A DNA stretch of 64,000 nt from Nitrospirota bacterium (GCA_035623825.1 DASPSR010000030.1:20504-84503); one strand, 5' to 3'; shown: positions 21,986 through 31,352, counted from the stretch's first letter. The notes: a model not told the origin generated them from the sequence alone. Program-made: numbers and translations.

Positions 21986-22002
21986 AGCAAGAAAAATGCC
22001 GG
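21986..22002 (-). promoter_or_regulatory. sigma54 (-24/-12) promoter upstream of glmS
   Basis: Minus strand reads CCGGCATTTTTCTTGCT (GG-N10-GC), 75 nt upstream of the ATG, with AT-rich DNA upstream. Confidence 0.65.
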
Positions 22003-22415
22003 ATACTGTCAATTTGGCCCGGGAGTGATGAAATTTCTTAAGTTCTCCCCTTTTATTTTATATTTTAATGAGTTATAACTCTGCATCACTGGTATTTTAG
22101 AATCTTAGAAAAGGGAATGACCTTAAATTTCTTATTTGGGGTGAATTGGCACTGAATCAATCATTAAGTATTACAATTAGAGTATACAAAGTATCCAAAG
22201 AAAATCAGAATTTTAATTAATTCTCAAATAGGGCATAGTGATGTATCCATAAGATACAATATTATTGTTTTTATTTATATAATGTGTGTCAAATATATAC
22301 ATAAATTAATAAGAAATGCAAGTGAGCCACCAAGTTTTTTCGCCAAAGATTGATATTTCAATTTACACATGCTATAGTTCCGCTCATTTAATAACATTTT
22401 GGTATAAAGGGGCGC

Positions 22416-22943
22416 ATGAGAAAAGATTGCAGCATAGTCATTCTATTGTTCTCAACAATAACGCTTTTCATCTTCGGGTGTGTATCGGAGCCGGGCGTAG
22501 AAAAGGGAAAATTCCTGGAATTGAACCGGGCTGTTGAGGACCTGAAAGCCGCTATCATGTCGGGTAATGCCTGTGATATGCCCGATACATTGCAGCAAAG
22601 ACTCGCCGATGGGATAGCTGCTATAAACGGCAAGGCGGCCTCAAAGGGTGAGCGTGACCTTGTTGCTGCCTACTCGCACCTTTTAACTACGTACAAGGAT
22701 GGCTTGTTGCTTTGCCAATCTCGGAATCTGTTGTCCGACTTTCAATTTGTGCCGCGAGGACGCATCTATGTTTCCCAAGAACTCGATCCGCTGGTAGAGA
22801 AATACGGCTTGTCAACCAAAAGACACCTGTACAGCCCCACTGGGCAGTATTGGAGGAGTATTGACGGGGACTCGATAAAGGTGATATGGGAAAGCGCGCA
22901 GGTCCAGATAAAGAATATAGAGAACATGATGAACTACAATTAA
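22416..22943 (+). CDS. Hypothetical lipoprotein
   Basis: Signal peptide with lipobox IFGC; GGGG upstream as possible RBS. No family recognised. Confidence 0.65.
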   Translation: MRKDCSIVILLFSTITLFIFGCVSEPGVEKGKFLELNRAVEDLKAAIMSGNACDMPDTLQQRLADGIAAINGKAASKGERDLVAAYSHLLTTYKDGLLLCQSRNLLSDFQFVPRGRIYVSQELDPLVEKYGLSTKRHLYSPTGQYWRSIDGDSIKVIWESAQVQIKNIENMMNYN

Positions 22944-23036
22944 ATGTATCGAATCAATACGCGGAGAATATGAGGAATGACACTGGTGCGGACGGTGCTT
23001 TTTACGGAGCCGACTCCGCCATGTCCTCATGTGCCG

Positions 23037-24815
23037 TCAACATATCTCCGGATCCTCTCCCTTGCCGCCCGGCATCAGGTCGCATTCATTGAAGACGCGG
23101 AGGATGCACACCCGGCACCGTTCCGGATCGAGCCGCGGAACGAGTTTGCGGATGGCTGCAGTTTTCGAACCCAGGATGTTCTCCTCTCCGATTCGCTTGA
23201 TATATCCGCCGCGATGCAGCGTCTCTATCACCGCTCCCTTGAGCGAGCACAAATAGAGCTTCCTGCCTTCCAAGTGAAGCCTGTGCGCCTCGTTCGCGAG
23301 TGTCTCCGCTCCAGCAACGTCGATGAAGTTGATTCCTCCGCCCACGATAAGGATATGTGCCTGCTCCGGGCTTGTCTGAGTCGCCGCGTTCAATTCCTCA
23401 GCGAAATGGTTGACGGCGCCGAAGAATAGGGACCCGTCCACTCGCAGGATTTTGAGCTGTGGACACTCGGGCAGGTCCTTTCTCTCGACATTAATGAACC
23501 GCTGATGATACCCTTCGTGCTCAGGAACAAGCGTGACGAACCTCGGATGGGAGGTGCGATTGAGGTACAGGAGCAGGGACAACATGACACCCACGTAGAT
23601 AGCGAACTCCAGTTCCACGAGCAATGTCGCCAGGAATGTGACCGCCATTACTGCCGCTTCCTGGTTACTGGTCATGATGATGGTGCGGATGTGATGGAAA
23701 TCGATCAGGTTCCAGGCCACCAGCAGGAGGATGCCTGCCATGGCCGGCATGGGAAGGTACGCCGTGAGCGGCGCAATCAGGAGCAGAACCAGGGCGAGCG
23801 CCACAGCGGCGATCACGGCGGCCATCGGCGTCTGCGCCCCCGCGTCGTAGTTTACACCCGTGCGGGTAAAGGACCCTGACGATGCATAGCTCGAGAAGAA
23901 GCTGCCGACCATGTTCGCCAGCCCTTGGCCGATGAATTCCTGGTTGCTGTCAATGCGTTGGTGGGACCGAGTGGCCACGGCGCGGGCGATGGAGACAGCC
24001 TCAGCAAGGCCGAGCATGGCCACAGCCAACGCACTAGGAGCAAGGGTCCGAATGTTCTGCGTTGAAAGGTCGGGCACCGAGAGCGGCGGCAGGTGCGCGG
24101 GCAGCGAGCCCACAAGCCGCACGCCGCGGGCCTCACCATGCAGCGCTATGCACGCAAGGCTGCCAATCACCATGGCGATCATCATTCCTGGCAACTTCGG
24201 CACATAGATTTTGAGCAAGAGTGCTGCGGCAAGGGTGACAAGGCCGATGGCGACCACGAAGGGGTTGATGTCGGAAACATGGTGTAGCAGGTCCGTCCAG
24301 ACATGAATGAACGCATGCCGTTTCGATCCTGGCACACCAAGCAGGTTGTTCATCTGACTCGTACCGATCAGGATCGCCGCGCCAGCGGTGAAGGCGACTA
24401 CGACCGAGTGTGAAACGAAGTTGATCAGGGCGCCAAGTCGAGCGATCCCGAGTGCCAGCTGGAACAGCCCCGCCAGGAACGTGATGGTCAGAATCATCTC
24501 AAGATAGGTGACGGTCCCGGCCTGGGCAAGGGGGCTTACGGTCGAAAAGAGCACTATCGAGATGGCTGTGGTCGGTCCAGAGACGAGATGGTACGAGGAC
24601 CCGAAGAGCGCGGCGAAGATCGCCGGCACGATGGCCGTGTAAAGGCCGTACTCCGGAGGCAAGCCCGCAATGATGGCAAAGGCAACACCCTGCGGCAGGA
24701 CTATGACCGCGCCGGTCAGGCCCGCGAAGAGGTCCCCGCGAAGCGACCGACGGTTGACTTTCGGCCACCAGGCACGGAATGGCAACGCCGCGTTTAGAAG
24801 ATCGGATTTGTCCAT
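23037..24815 (-). CDS. SulP family anion transporter with STAS domain
   Basis: GDLFAGLTGAVIVLPQG, PEYGLY, SGPT, SNQEFIGQG, RVDGSLFFG, INFIDVAG. Cys-containing tail CRVC......C. Confidence 0.92.
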   Translation of the reverse strand: MDKSDLLNAALPFRAWWPKVNRRSLRGDLFAGLTGAVIVLPQGVAFAIIAGLPPEYGLYTAIVPAIFAALFGSSYHLVSGPTTAISIVLFSTVSPLAQAGTVTYLEMILTITFLAGLFQLALGIARLGALINFVSHSVVVAFTAGAAILIGTSQMNNLLGVPGSKRHAFIHVWTDLLHHVSDINPFVVAIGLVTLAAALLLKIYVPKLPGMMIAMVIGSLACIALHGEARGVRLVGSLPAHLPPLSVPDLSTQNIRTLAPSALAVAMLGLAEAVSIARAVATRSHQRIDSNQEFIGQGLANMVGSFFSSYASSGSFTRTGVNYDAGAQTPMAAVIAAVALALVLLLIAPLTAYLPMPAMAGILLLVAWNLIDFHHIRTIIMTSNQEAAVMAVTFLATLLVELEFAIYVGVMLSLLLYLNRTSHPRFVTLVPEHEGYHQRFINVERKDLPECPQLKILRVDGSLFFGAVNHFAEELNAATQTSPEQAHILIVGGGINFIDVAGAETLANEAHRLHLEGRKLYLCSLKGAVIETLHRGGYIKRIGEENILGSKTAAIRKLVPRLDPERCRVCILRVFNECDLMPGGKGEDPEIC

Positions 24816-24972
24816 AGCAGTCGGTCGGATCAGTAAAGCAGGCCTCGCGGAATATGTTCATATTGTACCATACAGGTGTGAAAAGTGCAGTTATGAGTGC
24901 GCAGATCAGCTCACATGCGGGGAATCGCTTTTTTGCAATCACAGCACTTCATACCGAATTGTTCTCCTCCCG

Positions 24973-25266
24973 GAGCGAACGAGGGAAATCGGCCTACGCC
25001 TCGCGGTAGGAGCGAAAGCACGGATAGAGGCCCAGTTCCTGAGCGAGGCCGTCATCTTGAGCCTGTTCGGCAGCATTCTGGGGATCTTCGTAGGCGTGGC
25101 CAGCTCGTTCATCGTGGGGCACGCATTTGGATGGCCTATGTCCATTCCTCTTGAAGCGCTCACCGTCGCTCCGCTGTCCGCTGTCGGTCTCGGGGTTTTC
25201 TTCGGTTTCTATCCGGCGTGGAGGGCCGCACGGCTGGATCCTATTGTCGCCCTCCGTCATGAGTGA
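24973..25266 (+). pseudogene. Remnant (C-terminal ~97 aa) of a MacB/FtsX-type ABC permease
   Basis: ERTREIGLRLAVGA...QFLSEA...FFGFYPAWRAARLDPIVALRHE, with no start codon or N-terminal part. Confidence 0.8.
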
Positions 25267-25424
25267 CAGGAATGATCAGAACTTTTTATAGCTCGTTCCA
25301 TCCCGTAATTTGTCAATATTCCATTTTGACAAAAAATCCGAATTAATCCAGAATTGTTTTGCCTATGCCAAGTCAGCATATATTCTGTTGACAGAAATGA
25401 CGGCATAGTCCTCCTGATTGACGT

Positions 25425-25832
25425 TTATTTGCTTATGTCCTCTTGATCTGCCGGCATCACCTTTTCAATGACCGTCCCGAAGACGGTCAGCGTCACCTTC
25501 GGCCGCTTGGGGTCATTACTCGTGACCTCGATTGTTTCGGTGATTACACCGGTTTGATTCAGCGTTGCAACCTTGGCGCTGATGGCACCCTCTTCTCCCT
25601 GCTTGAGATGGCTTGAACTAGCCATCACGGCCGCGCACCCTCAGGAGGTGGTAAGGCTGTTGACTACCAGTTCGTCGGTGCCCTTGTTTTTGAATATAAA
25701 AGAATATTCCACCTCTTCGCCTCGCATGACTTGGCCAAAATCATGCTTTTCGGTCACGAATTCGATGGATGGCTGGCTCCAAGCGAGAGTTGGCTGACAT
25801 AGTACAAGAATGAGAAAGAAAATCTTATTCAT
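25425..25832 (-). CDS. Exported DUF1573 (Ig-like) protein with in-frame TGA; candidate selenoprotein (135 aa, Sec64)
   Basis: Two same-frame ORFs joined at TGA 25641-25643: HDFG..F.FKNKG..LVV...TS*GC...SNDP. The family motif is SCGC. Confidence 0.75.
25607..25626 (-). promoter_or_regulatory. Candidate bacterial SECIS hairpin
   Basis: GATGGCT-AGTTCA-AGCCATC begins 14 nt 3' of the in-frame TGA, with G at loop position 2. Confidence 0.6.
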
Positions 25833-25919
25833 GATTAGAGTATAACATAGCGCCTATTGACATAACGTTGCACAGTAATCTGATAAAATATAGATGATTA
25901 CCAGAAAGGAGACTGTGTC

Positions 25920-26354
25920 ATGATGAGAAGAGCGATAATACCGTTGGTTGCCGCATTTTTAATCATCTCTGGAAACGGTTATGCAGCCGCTGCAGGCAAG
26001 ACTCCCGATCAATTAGTGAAAGAGGCCAAGGCGTCTATCAAAGAGTTTACGGTCAACGATGTCAAGAGCATGATTGACGGAAAAGAGAAGATCATCCTCC
26101 TTGATGTCAGGGACAAAAACGAGTTCGAAGAAGGGAGCATCCCCCGTGCAATAAACATCTCTCGTGGAATGCTCGAATTCAAGGTGGCCCTGGTCATCCC
26201 CGATAAGAATGCCAAAATCATCGTATTTTGCGGTCTCGACCTCAGAGGGCCTCTGGCAACGAGATCCCTGAATGAAATGGGCTATATGAATGCCGCGAAC
26301 ATGATCGGCGGCCTCAGGGCATGGAAAGAGGCGGGCTATGCCATCGCGAAATAG
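25920..26354 (+). CDS. Exported single-domain rhodanese-like sulfurtransferase
   Basis: Signal peptide, LLDVR..EF..G.I, active-site loop FCGLDLR, GGL.AW. Confidence 0.85.
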   Translation: MMRRAIIPLVAAFLIISGNGYAAAAGKTPDQLVKEAKASIKEFTVNDVKSMIDGKEKIILLDVRDKNEFEEGSIPRAINISRGMLEFKVALVIPDKNAKIIVFCGLDLRGPLATRSLNEMGYMNAANMIGGLRAWKEAGYAIAK

Positions 26355-26503
26355 AATGTCCGATAGCGTATCCGGTCGTTCTTTGCTGGTTTTTCCGGGA
26401 GATAATCTCTCTAAAGCGCAGGCCGCACCCGGATACGCGGACCGAATGTTCCGTTTACGTACCACAACACAGCGGAGGGGAAAATGGCGGTTAGGAGGAA
26501 ATC

Positions 26504-27253
26504 ATGAGGACAATTGTCCGAACATCACTGCTGTTTGCAGTTCTTATTTTATCAGCAGGTGCAATTTTTGCCGTTGAGAAGGAGGACACTCAGAAATCGA
26601 CCCCAAAGGGAAGGACGTCCGTCCTGATAGAACCGGAATTTACCATTCTTCCGGCAAAAACAGCAGTGCTGATAATGGATTATGAGAACGATATCCTTGG
26701 CATGATTTCAGATGATGAACGGACGGCTTTGGTGGAAAGAGCGAGCACGGTTCTTCAAGAAGCTCGAAAGGCCAAAATTACCATTATCTATATTGTCGTA
26801 CGTTTTCGTCAAGGCTACCCTGAAGTCAATTTGCAGAATAAACTTTTCAGCAGCTTGAAAGAATCTGGACGTCTTCTCGAAGGAACGGCCGGTGCGGAGG
26901 TAGATTCGAGAATAGCTCCGCAACCGGGTGATATCGTGGTAACGAAGCGACGAGTGGGTGCTTTTGCCACGACCGATCTAGAAACGATTCTGAAGTCGAA
27001 TAACATCAGCAGGCTGGTTTTATTCGGGATCTCGACGAGCGGCGTTGTTCTCTCTACGGTTCGATGGGCTGCCGACATGGACTACTCACTGGTCGTTGTC
27101 TCGGATCTTTGCGCAGACCGGGATCCGGAAGCAGGTCGTGTCTTGATGGATAAAGTCTTTCCGTGGCAGGCTACGGTTGTGAGCAGTAAGGAATTCCTGA
27201 AGGCAATCGGGGCGAAGGACGCAAAGTATTCCGAAAAACTCGGCCGAGAATGA
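26504..27253 (+). CDS. Isochorismatase/cysteine-hydrolase family protein with signal peptide
   Basis: AVLIMDYEN, VVTKRRVGAF, GISTSGVVLSTVR.A.DMDY. AGGAGG RBS. Confidence 0.85.
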   Translation: MRTIVRTSLLFAVLILSAGAIFAVEKEDTQKSTPKGRTSVLIEPEFTILPAKTAVLIMDYENDILGMISDDERTALVERASTVLQEARKAKITIIYIVVRFRQGYPEVNLQNKLFSSLKESGRLLEGTAGAEVDSRIAPQPGDIVVTKRRVGAFATTDLETILKSNNISRLVLFGISTSGVVLSTVRWAADMDYSLVVVSDLCADRDPEAGRVLMDKVFPWQATVVSSKEFLKAIGAKDAKYSEKLGRE

Positions 27254-27370
27254 CCAATATAAACGAGTCGATGCATGTTCAACTTGAATTTTGCCTCCCG
27301 CTGAAATCGGGTCATAATTTATCGATGACAGAGTAAAATGTGAAGAGGTTGAAGATTAATTTCTCCCGTA

Positions 27371-28879
27371 TTGATAACAACTCGGGACCGTCAGCCAAAA
27401 TTGATCATGACAGTGAATGCTTTCAAATGCGCTTACCATAAAAACCGTGCTGCGATCTGGCTCATAGCCGCCTTTACAGGCGTGCGTCTCCTTGTCGCGC
27501 CAACATTCGGGCTTGGGACCGACGAGGCCCATTATGTTCTCTATGCGAAGTACCTGGATCTTAGTTACTTCGATCATCCCCCGCTCGTCGGCTGGACCCA
27601 TGCGCTTTTCTATTACACGTTCGGTACGAATGAATTTCTGGCGCGGTTGCCCGCGATACTTCTTTTTACGGTCACATCGTTCCTCTGCTATCGGTTCACG
27701 CTTTTGGAAGGAGGGGAGAGGACAGCGCTTCTTGCAACCGCTGCCTTGAATAGTTCGTTTCTGCTGAGCGGCCTCGGCCTCATGTTGCTTCCAGAATCAC
27801 TGCTCTTAGCCCTTGTTTTTGCGCTCATCTATGCTGTCAGAAAGCTCGAACGCTCTCCGGACCTGTTGAACTTCGTCCTCCTGGGGTTGATCCTAGGCCT
27901 CGCCGGCCTAACCAAATATACAGCCATTCTGTTTGTCCCCGCCATTGCTTTCTACGCGGTGATAAAGCGACGGTATGACATACTTTTCAATCCGAGGCTG
28001 CTTATATCGGCGGCCGTTGCCTTCATCTTCATCACTCCCGTGATTTATTGGAACGTCCAGAATGGTCTTATAAGCATCCGTTACCAGATAGGCCATGTGC
28101 TTGGCAGCCATTCACCCAGCTTCGGGACTTTGTTGGCTTCGCTTGCCGCGCAATTCGGCGCTTATAGCCCGCCTCTGTTCTGTCTCGCTTTTTATGGTCT
28201 CTATGCGTCGTTGAAGAGCCTCGACGATCTCCTGCTGTTGCCCGTGCTGATCGGGGGATCGGTTTTACTCTTCTCTATCTATGAGTCCTTGTTCAAATTT
28301 ACGCTACCTCACTGGTCTGCGGTTTTCTATGCAATCTTTATCCCTCTCGGGGTTGTTATGATGGACAATGGTCCCGTACGTGCGAAGCGCTCCATTCTCC
28401 TCATTTCCCTCGGGTTCAGCATCACTGTCGCCCTGCTCCTCCAGGCGGAAGTTGCGGTAAAGGCCTTTAGGTTTCCCGACTACAAGTCCCCATTCAGAAC
28501 TGTATACGGGCTCAAGGACGTGGTCAGGCGAGCGAACGACACCATGGCGAAAGATCCGTCTTCCGACAAAGCCCTTGCGGTTCTGAACTGGACCGATGTC
28601 AGCAGGACCTTATACTACAATCTCCCGTTCGGCAGCAAAGTATTTCTTGTCGATAAGCATGACGAACGGTTTTCCCGGTGGATCACCGGATCCCCCATCG
28701 GTCTAGATATCCTGTTCATCAACAATCATTTTCACGGACGTGACATCGGCAACGATATGAGGTGCCGTGAAGCACGAACCGCTGGCCGGGTTGATATCCT
28801 TTTGAATGGCGGCAAGGTTGACACAGTTGATTTCATATGGTGCAGGTCCTTCGGCGGAGTAAAACCCGGCAGGGAATAG
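27371..28879 (+). CDS. GT39/ArnT-PMT family polyprenyl-phosphate-sugar glycosyltransferase
   Basis: DEAHY, YFDHPPL, ARLP, LTKYT, P.IYWN, PHW and many TMs. The start may be ATG 27407. Confidence 0.85.
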   Translation: MITTRDRQPKLIMTVNAFKCAYHKNRAAIWLIAAFTGVRLLVAPTFGLGTDEAHYVLYAKYLDLSYFDHPPLVGWTHALFYYTFGTNEFLARLPAILLFTVTSFLCYRFTLLEGGERTALLATAALNSSFLLSGLGLMLLPESLLLALVFALIYAVRKLERSPDLLNFVLLGLILGLAGLTKYTAILFVPAIAFYAVIKRRYDILFNPRLLISAAVAFIFITPVIYWNVQNGLISIRYQIGHVLGSHSPSFGTLLASLAAQFGAYSPPLFCLAFYGLYASLKSLDDLLLLPVLIGGSVLLFSIYESLFKFTLPHWSAVFYAIFIPLGVVMMDNGPVRAKRSILLISLGFSITVALLLQAEVAVKAFRFPDYKSPFRTVYGLKDVVRRANDTMAKDPSSDKALAVLNWTDVSRTLYYNLPFGSKVFLVDKHDERFSRWITGSPIGLDILFINNHFHGRDIGNDMRCREARTAGRVDILLNGGKVDTVDFIWCRSFGGVKPGRE

Positions 28880-29359
28880 AGACTCGGAATAGGGGGTCTG
28901 TATGAACGGCGATGCATGTTTGCCAGATAAATCGCATTATGCGCGAGATTCTGACATATTTGGGGAAGCACCCGGATGCCCAGGGAACGTTGCATGGTAT
29001 TTTGCAGGACTGACTTCTTGACAATCGTGAGGGAAAACGTTTCAAAATACTTCGTCCAGACCGTATGTGTAGGCTCTAGCCATCAAGGCAGAGATTATGC
29101 AGCTTCCCTTTTCCCCGCTCTGCTGTCTGAGCAGGACATGAAAATCATTTACGATATCGAGAAAAGCTCAGAGGTTCGTTTTAATAATTACTAGTCGGCA
29201 GGCTACATGACCATTTAGCAATCCATTTATAACGATTGACTATTGTGGACTGGAAATGGTAAAAAGAAACGACGTCTGAACCTCAAACGACTGGGATTAT
29301 TGCACGCGTTATTTCTGATTACATAATGGGAAAGGCCGTCCACACTGGCCTGCTTCTTG

Positions 29360-29715
29360 ATAATGCCCGATAATTAAATGATTTTATGGAGACAGATTTA
29401 TCTGGGTCTTCTTTTCAAGAAACTAATCAGCAACAGCCGCGAAGCGCCGGCGAGCTACGCGTGAGTGCGCACATCCCCCATAAGCGAGCGCCCATCGCGG
29501 AAAGGGTGCTTGAAGATGACGAAATTGGATTCCCGTTGTCTGCCGATCTGGAAAAACTTACAGCACCCTTTGAACAAGCTGGTCATGGGGTGGTGGACTT
29601 GGTTTGTATCTTTCGGATAAAGTTGTGATGGCGCACTGTGTATTCTATCGCCGGCAGGAATGGAAGTGGAGCTCAGGTCATCATGACATTTCTTATGAAA
29701 CGGATAAGAACCTGA
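29360..29715 (+). pseudogene. Frameshifted histidine kinase remnant directly upstream of the sigma54 activator
   Basis: Pieces in shifting frames (GDRF/LGLLFKKLISNSREA/LEDDEIGF..DLEKLTAPF/GGGLGLYL..VMAH/GAQVIMTFLMKRIRT*) are colinear with the C-terminus of the kinase at 18294-19451. Confidence 0.8.
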
Positions 29716-29719
29716 TATC

Positions 29720-31066
29720 ATGAAAAAACCGACAGTAATGATCGTTGACGATGAAAAGAATTTTGCTGAGTCGCTGCAGCTGGCGATCGAGGACGCTTTT
29801 ACCGTCGTTTTAGTCTCCAGTCTGAGAATGGCGCGGGATGTAATCAAGGATAGTATGCCTGACGCCATCTTGCTCGATGTTTATCTACCTGACGGCGAGG
29901 GGATTGAGGTGCTTCGTGAGCTGAAAAAAAATCCTCGAATGCCTATCGTTATCGTCATGACTGCTTTCGCAACCATTGAAAACGCCATCTTGGCGCTTAA
30001 AGAGGGCGCTGTCGACTATGTCACAAAACCCTTGGATATTGATAAGTTGAAGCGGGAACTGGGAGTCTATCTCGAAAACAGGTCGCTTCAGAAGAAAATC
30101 AGCAATCTTGACCGCGAGATAAAGAGGATCGTCCCGCCTTTTGTCACTTCAGGGAAAGGCTCAATGAAAGCAATTGTCGAACGAGTACCGGCCGTGGCTC
30201 ATCTCCCAATACCCGTTCTTATCCAAGGGGAAACGGGGACCGGTAAGGAGAAACTGGCACAGTGGATTCATGGTCTATCCGATTTGCAAGGTGAATTGGT
30301 GACGATCAGCTGCGCCGCCGTTCCCAAGGATATTTTTGAGAGCGAACTGTTCGGATACGTAAAAGGGGCGTTCTCTGGCGCCGTCGGCAACAAGGAGGGT
30401 TTGATAGAACGGGCGGAGGAAGGCACCTTATTCCTCGATGAGATCGGTGAACTGGCGGATGAAACGCAAGCGAAATTGCTTCGTGTCCTTGAATCCGGCC
30501 GGTACTTTAAACTCGGCGATGTGCGTGAACGAAACGCACGCTTCAGGCTCATTACCGCTACGCACAAGAATTTGAGCAATCCGGCGAACAGATTCCGTCA
30601 AGACCTTTATTACCGCATAACGGGAATTGTGTTGGAACTGCCCCGTTTGCGCGATCGCAAAGAGGACATTCCTCTTCTGACGAGAGCGTTCTTGAACGAA
30701 GCCGGGTATGCATATAATAAAAGCGTCAGAGATATTTCCGATGGGGCATCGGAGATGCTCCTGAACTATGACTGGCCCGGAAATATCCGGGAACTCAAAT
30801 GGTGCATTCACCGTGCCGTAGCAACAACGACAAAAGACATCTTGAACGAGGATGATCTTGTACTTGGTCCTGGATCAATGAAGAATTCATGCGTGAATGA
30901 TAACCAGGTTCTCACTGTTGCTCTTAAGGACGCGGTAGAGGAAGTGGAAAAGAAATGCATTAAAAACGCTATGACCGCTGCGAGGAACAATAAAACTGAA
31001 GCAGCCAAGATCCTGGGCATATCGGTAAGACAGCTTCATTACAAACTCAATCAGTACTCCCTATAA
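29720..31066 (+). CDS. sigma54-dependent NtrC-family response regulator (receiver-AAA+-Fis HTH)
   Basis: GETGTGKE, ESELFG..KGAFSGA, FLDEIG, FRQDLYYR, WPGNIREL, NKTEAAKILGIS. Confidence 0.92.
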   Translation: MKKPTVMIVDDEKNFAESLQLAIEDAFTVVLVSSLRMARDVIKDSMPDAILLDVYLPDGEGIEVLRELKKNPRMPIVIVMTAFATIENAILALKEGAVDYVTKPLDIDKLKRELGVYLENRSLQKKISNLDREIKRIVPPFVTSGKGSMKAIVERVPAVAHLPIPVLIQGETGTGKEKLAQWIHGLSDLQGELVTISCAAVPKDIFESELFGYVKGAFSGAVGNKEGLIERAEEGTLFLDEIGELADETQAKLLRVLESGRYFKLGDVRERNARFRLITATHKNLSNPANRFRQDLYYRITGIVLELPRLRDRKEDIPLLTRAFLNEAGYAYNKSVRDISDGASEMLLNYDWPGNIRELKWCIHRAVATTTKDILNEDDLVLGPGSMKNSCVNDNQVLTVALKDAVEEVEKKCIKNAMTAARNNKTEAAKILGISVRQLHYKLNQYSL

Positions 31067-31260
31067 TTCACCTGGAACAAACTCGCGGCTACTGCATATT
31101 ATCTGATGAAATCCACACACATGATTTGGTCAAATAAGCACTGAAAGTTATTTGTAATGCGATCCACACGATTCGCCCCGTCCCTGCAATCCTTGTATAC
31201 AATTTGTGCGCTTTCCCCATGATGTCTAAAATTGGCCCTTGAAAAAACAGCATTTTAGAA

Positions 31261-31276
31261 TGGCACTCTATTTGCG
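31261..31276 (+). promoter_or_regulatory. sigma54 (-24/-12) promoter
   Basis: TGGCACTCTATTTGCG matches the TGGCAC-N5-TTGC consensus. Confidence 0.85.
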
Positions 31277-31352
31277 TATCTTAGTTAATCACGAGTGAAA
31301 GATTCATACAAATTCGATTTTGTAAATATCTCTAACTAATTTAAGTATAAGC

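Noticed and set aside
21911-22200. glmS ribozyme
   Set aside because: The leader is AT-rich and I found no ribozyme core sequence; a sigma54 element fits better.
24670-24972. N-terminal half of the 198-aa ORF 24670-25266
   Set aside because: Antisense to the SulP start; only the part from 24973 resembles a protein family.
28976-29628. ORFs 28976-29194 and 29386-29628 as real small genes
   Set aside because: 29386-29628 is a chimeric frame of the kinase pseudogene. The upstream ORF has only weak, unconvincing similarity to the kinase.
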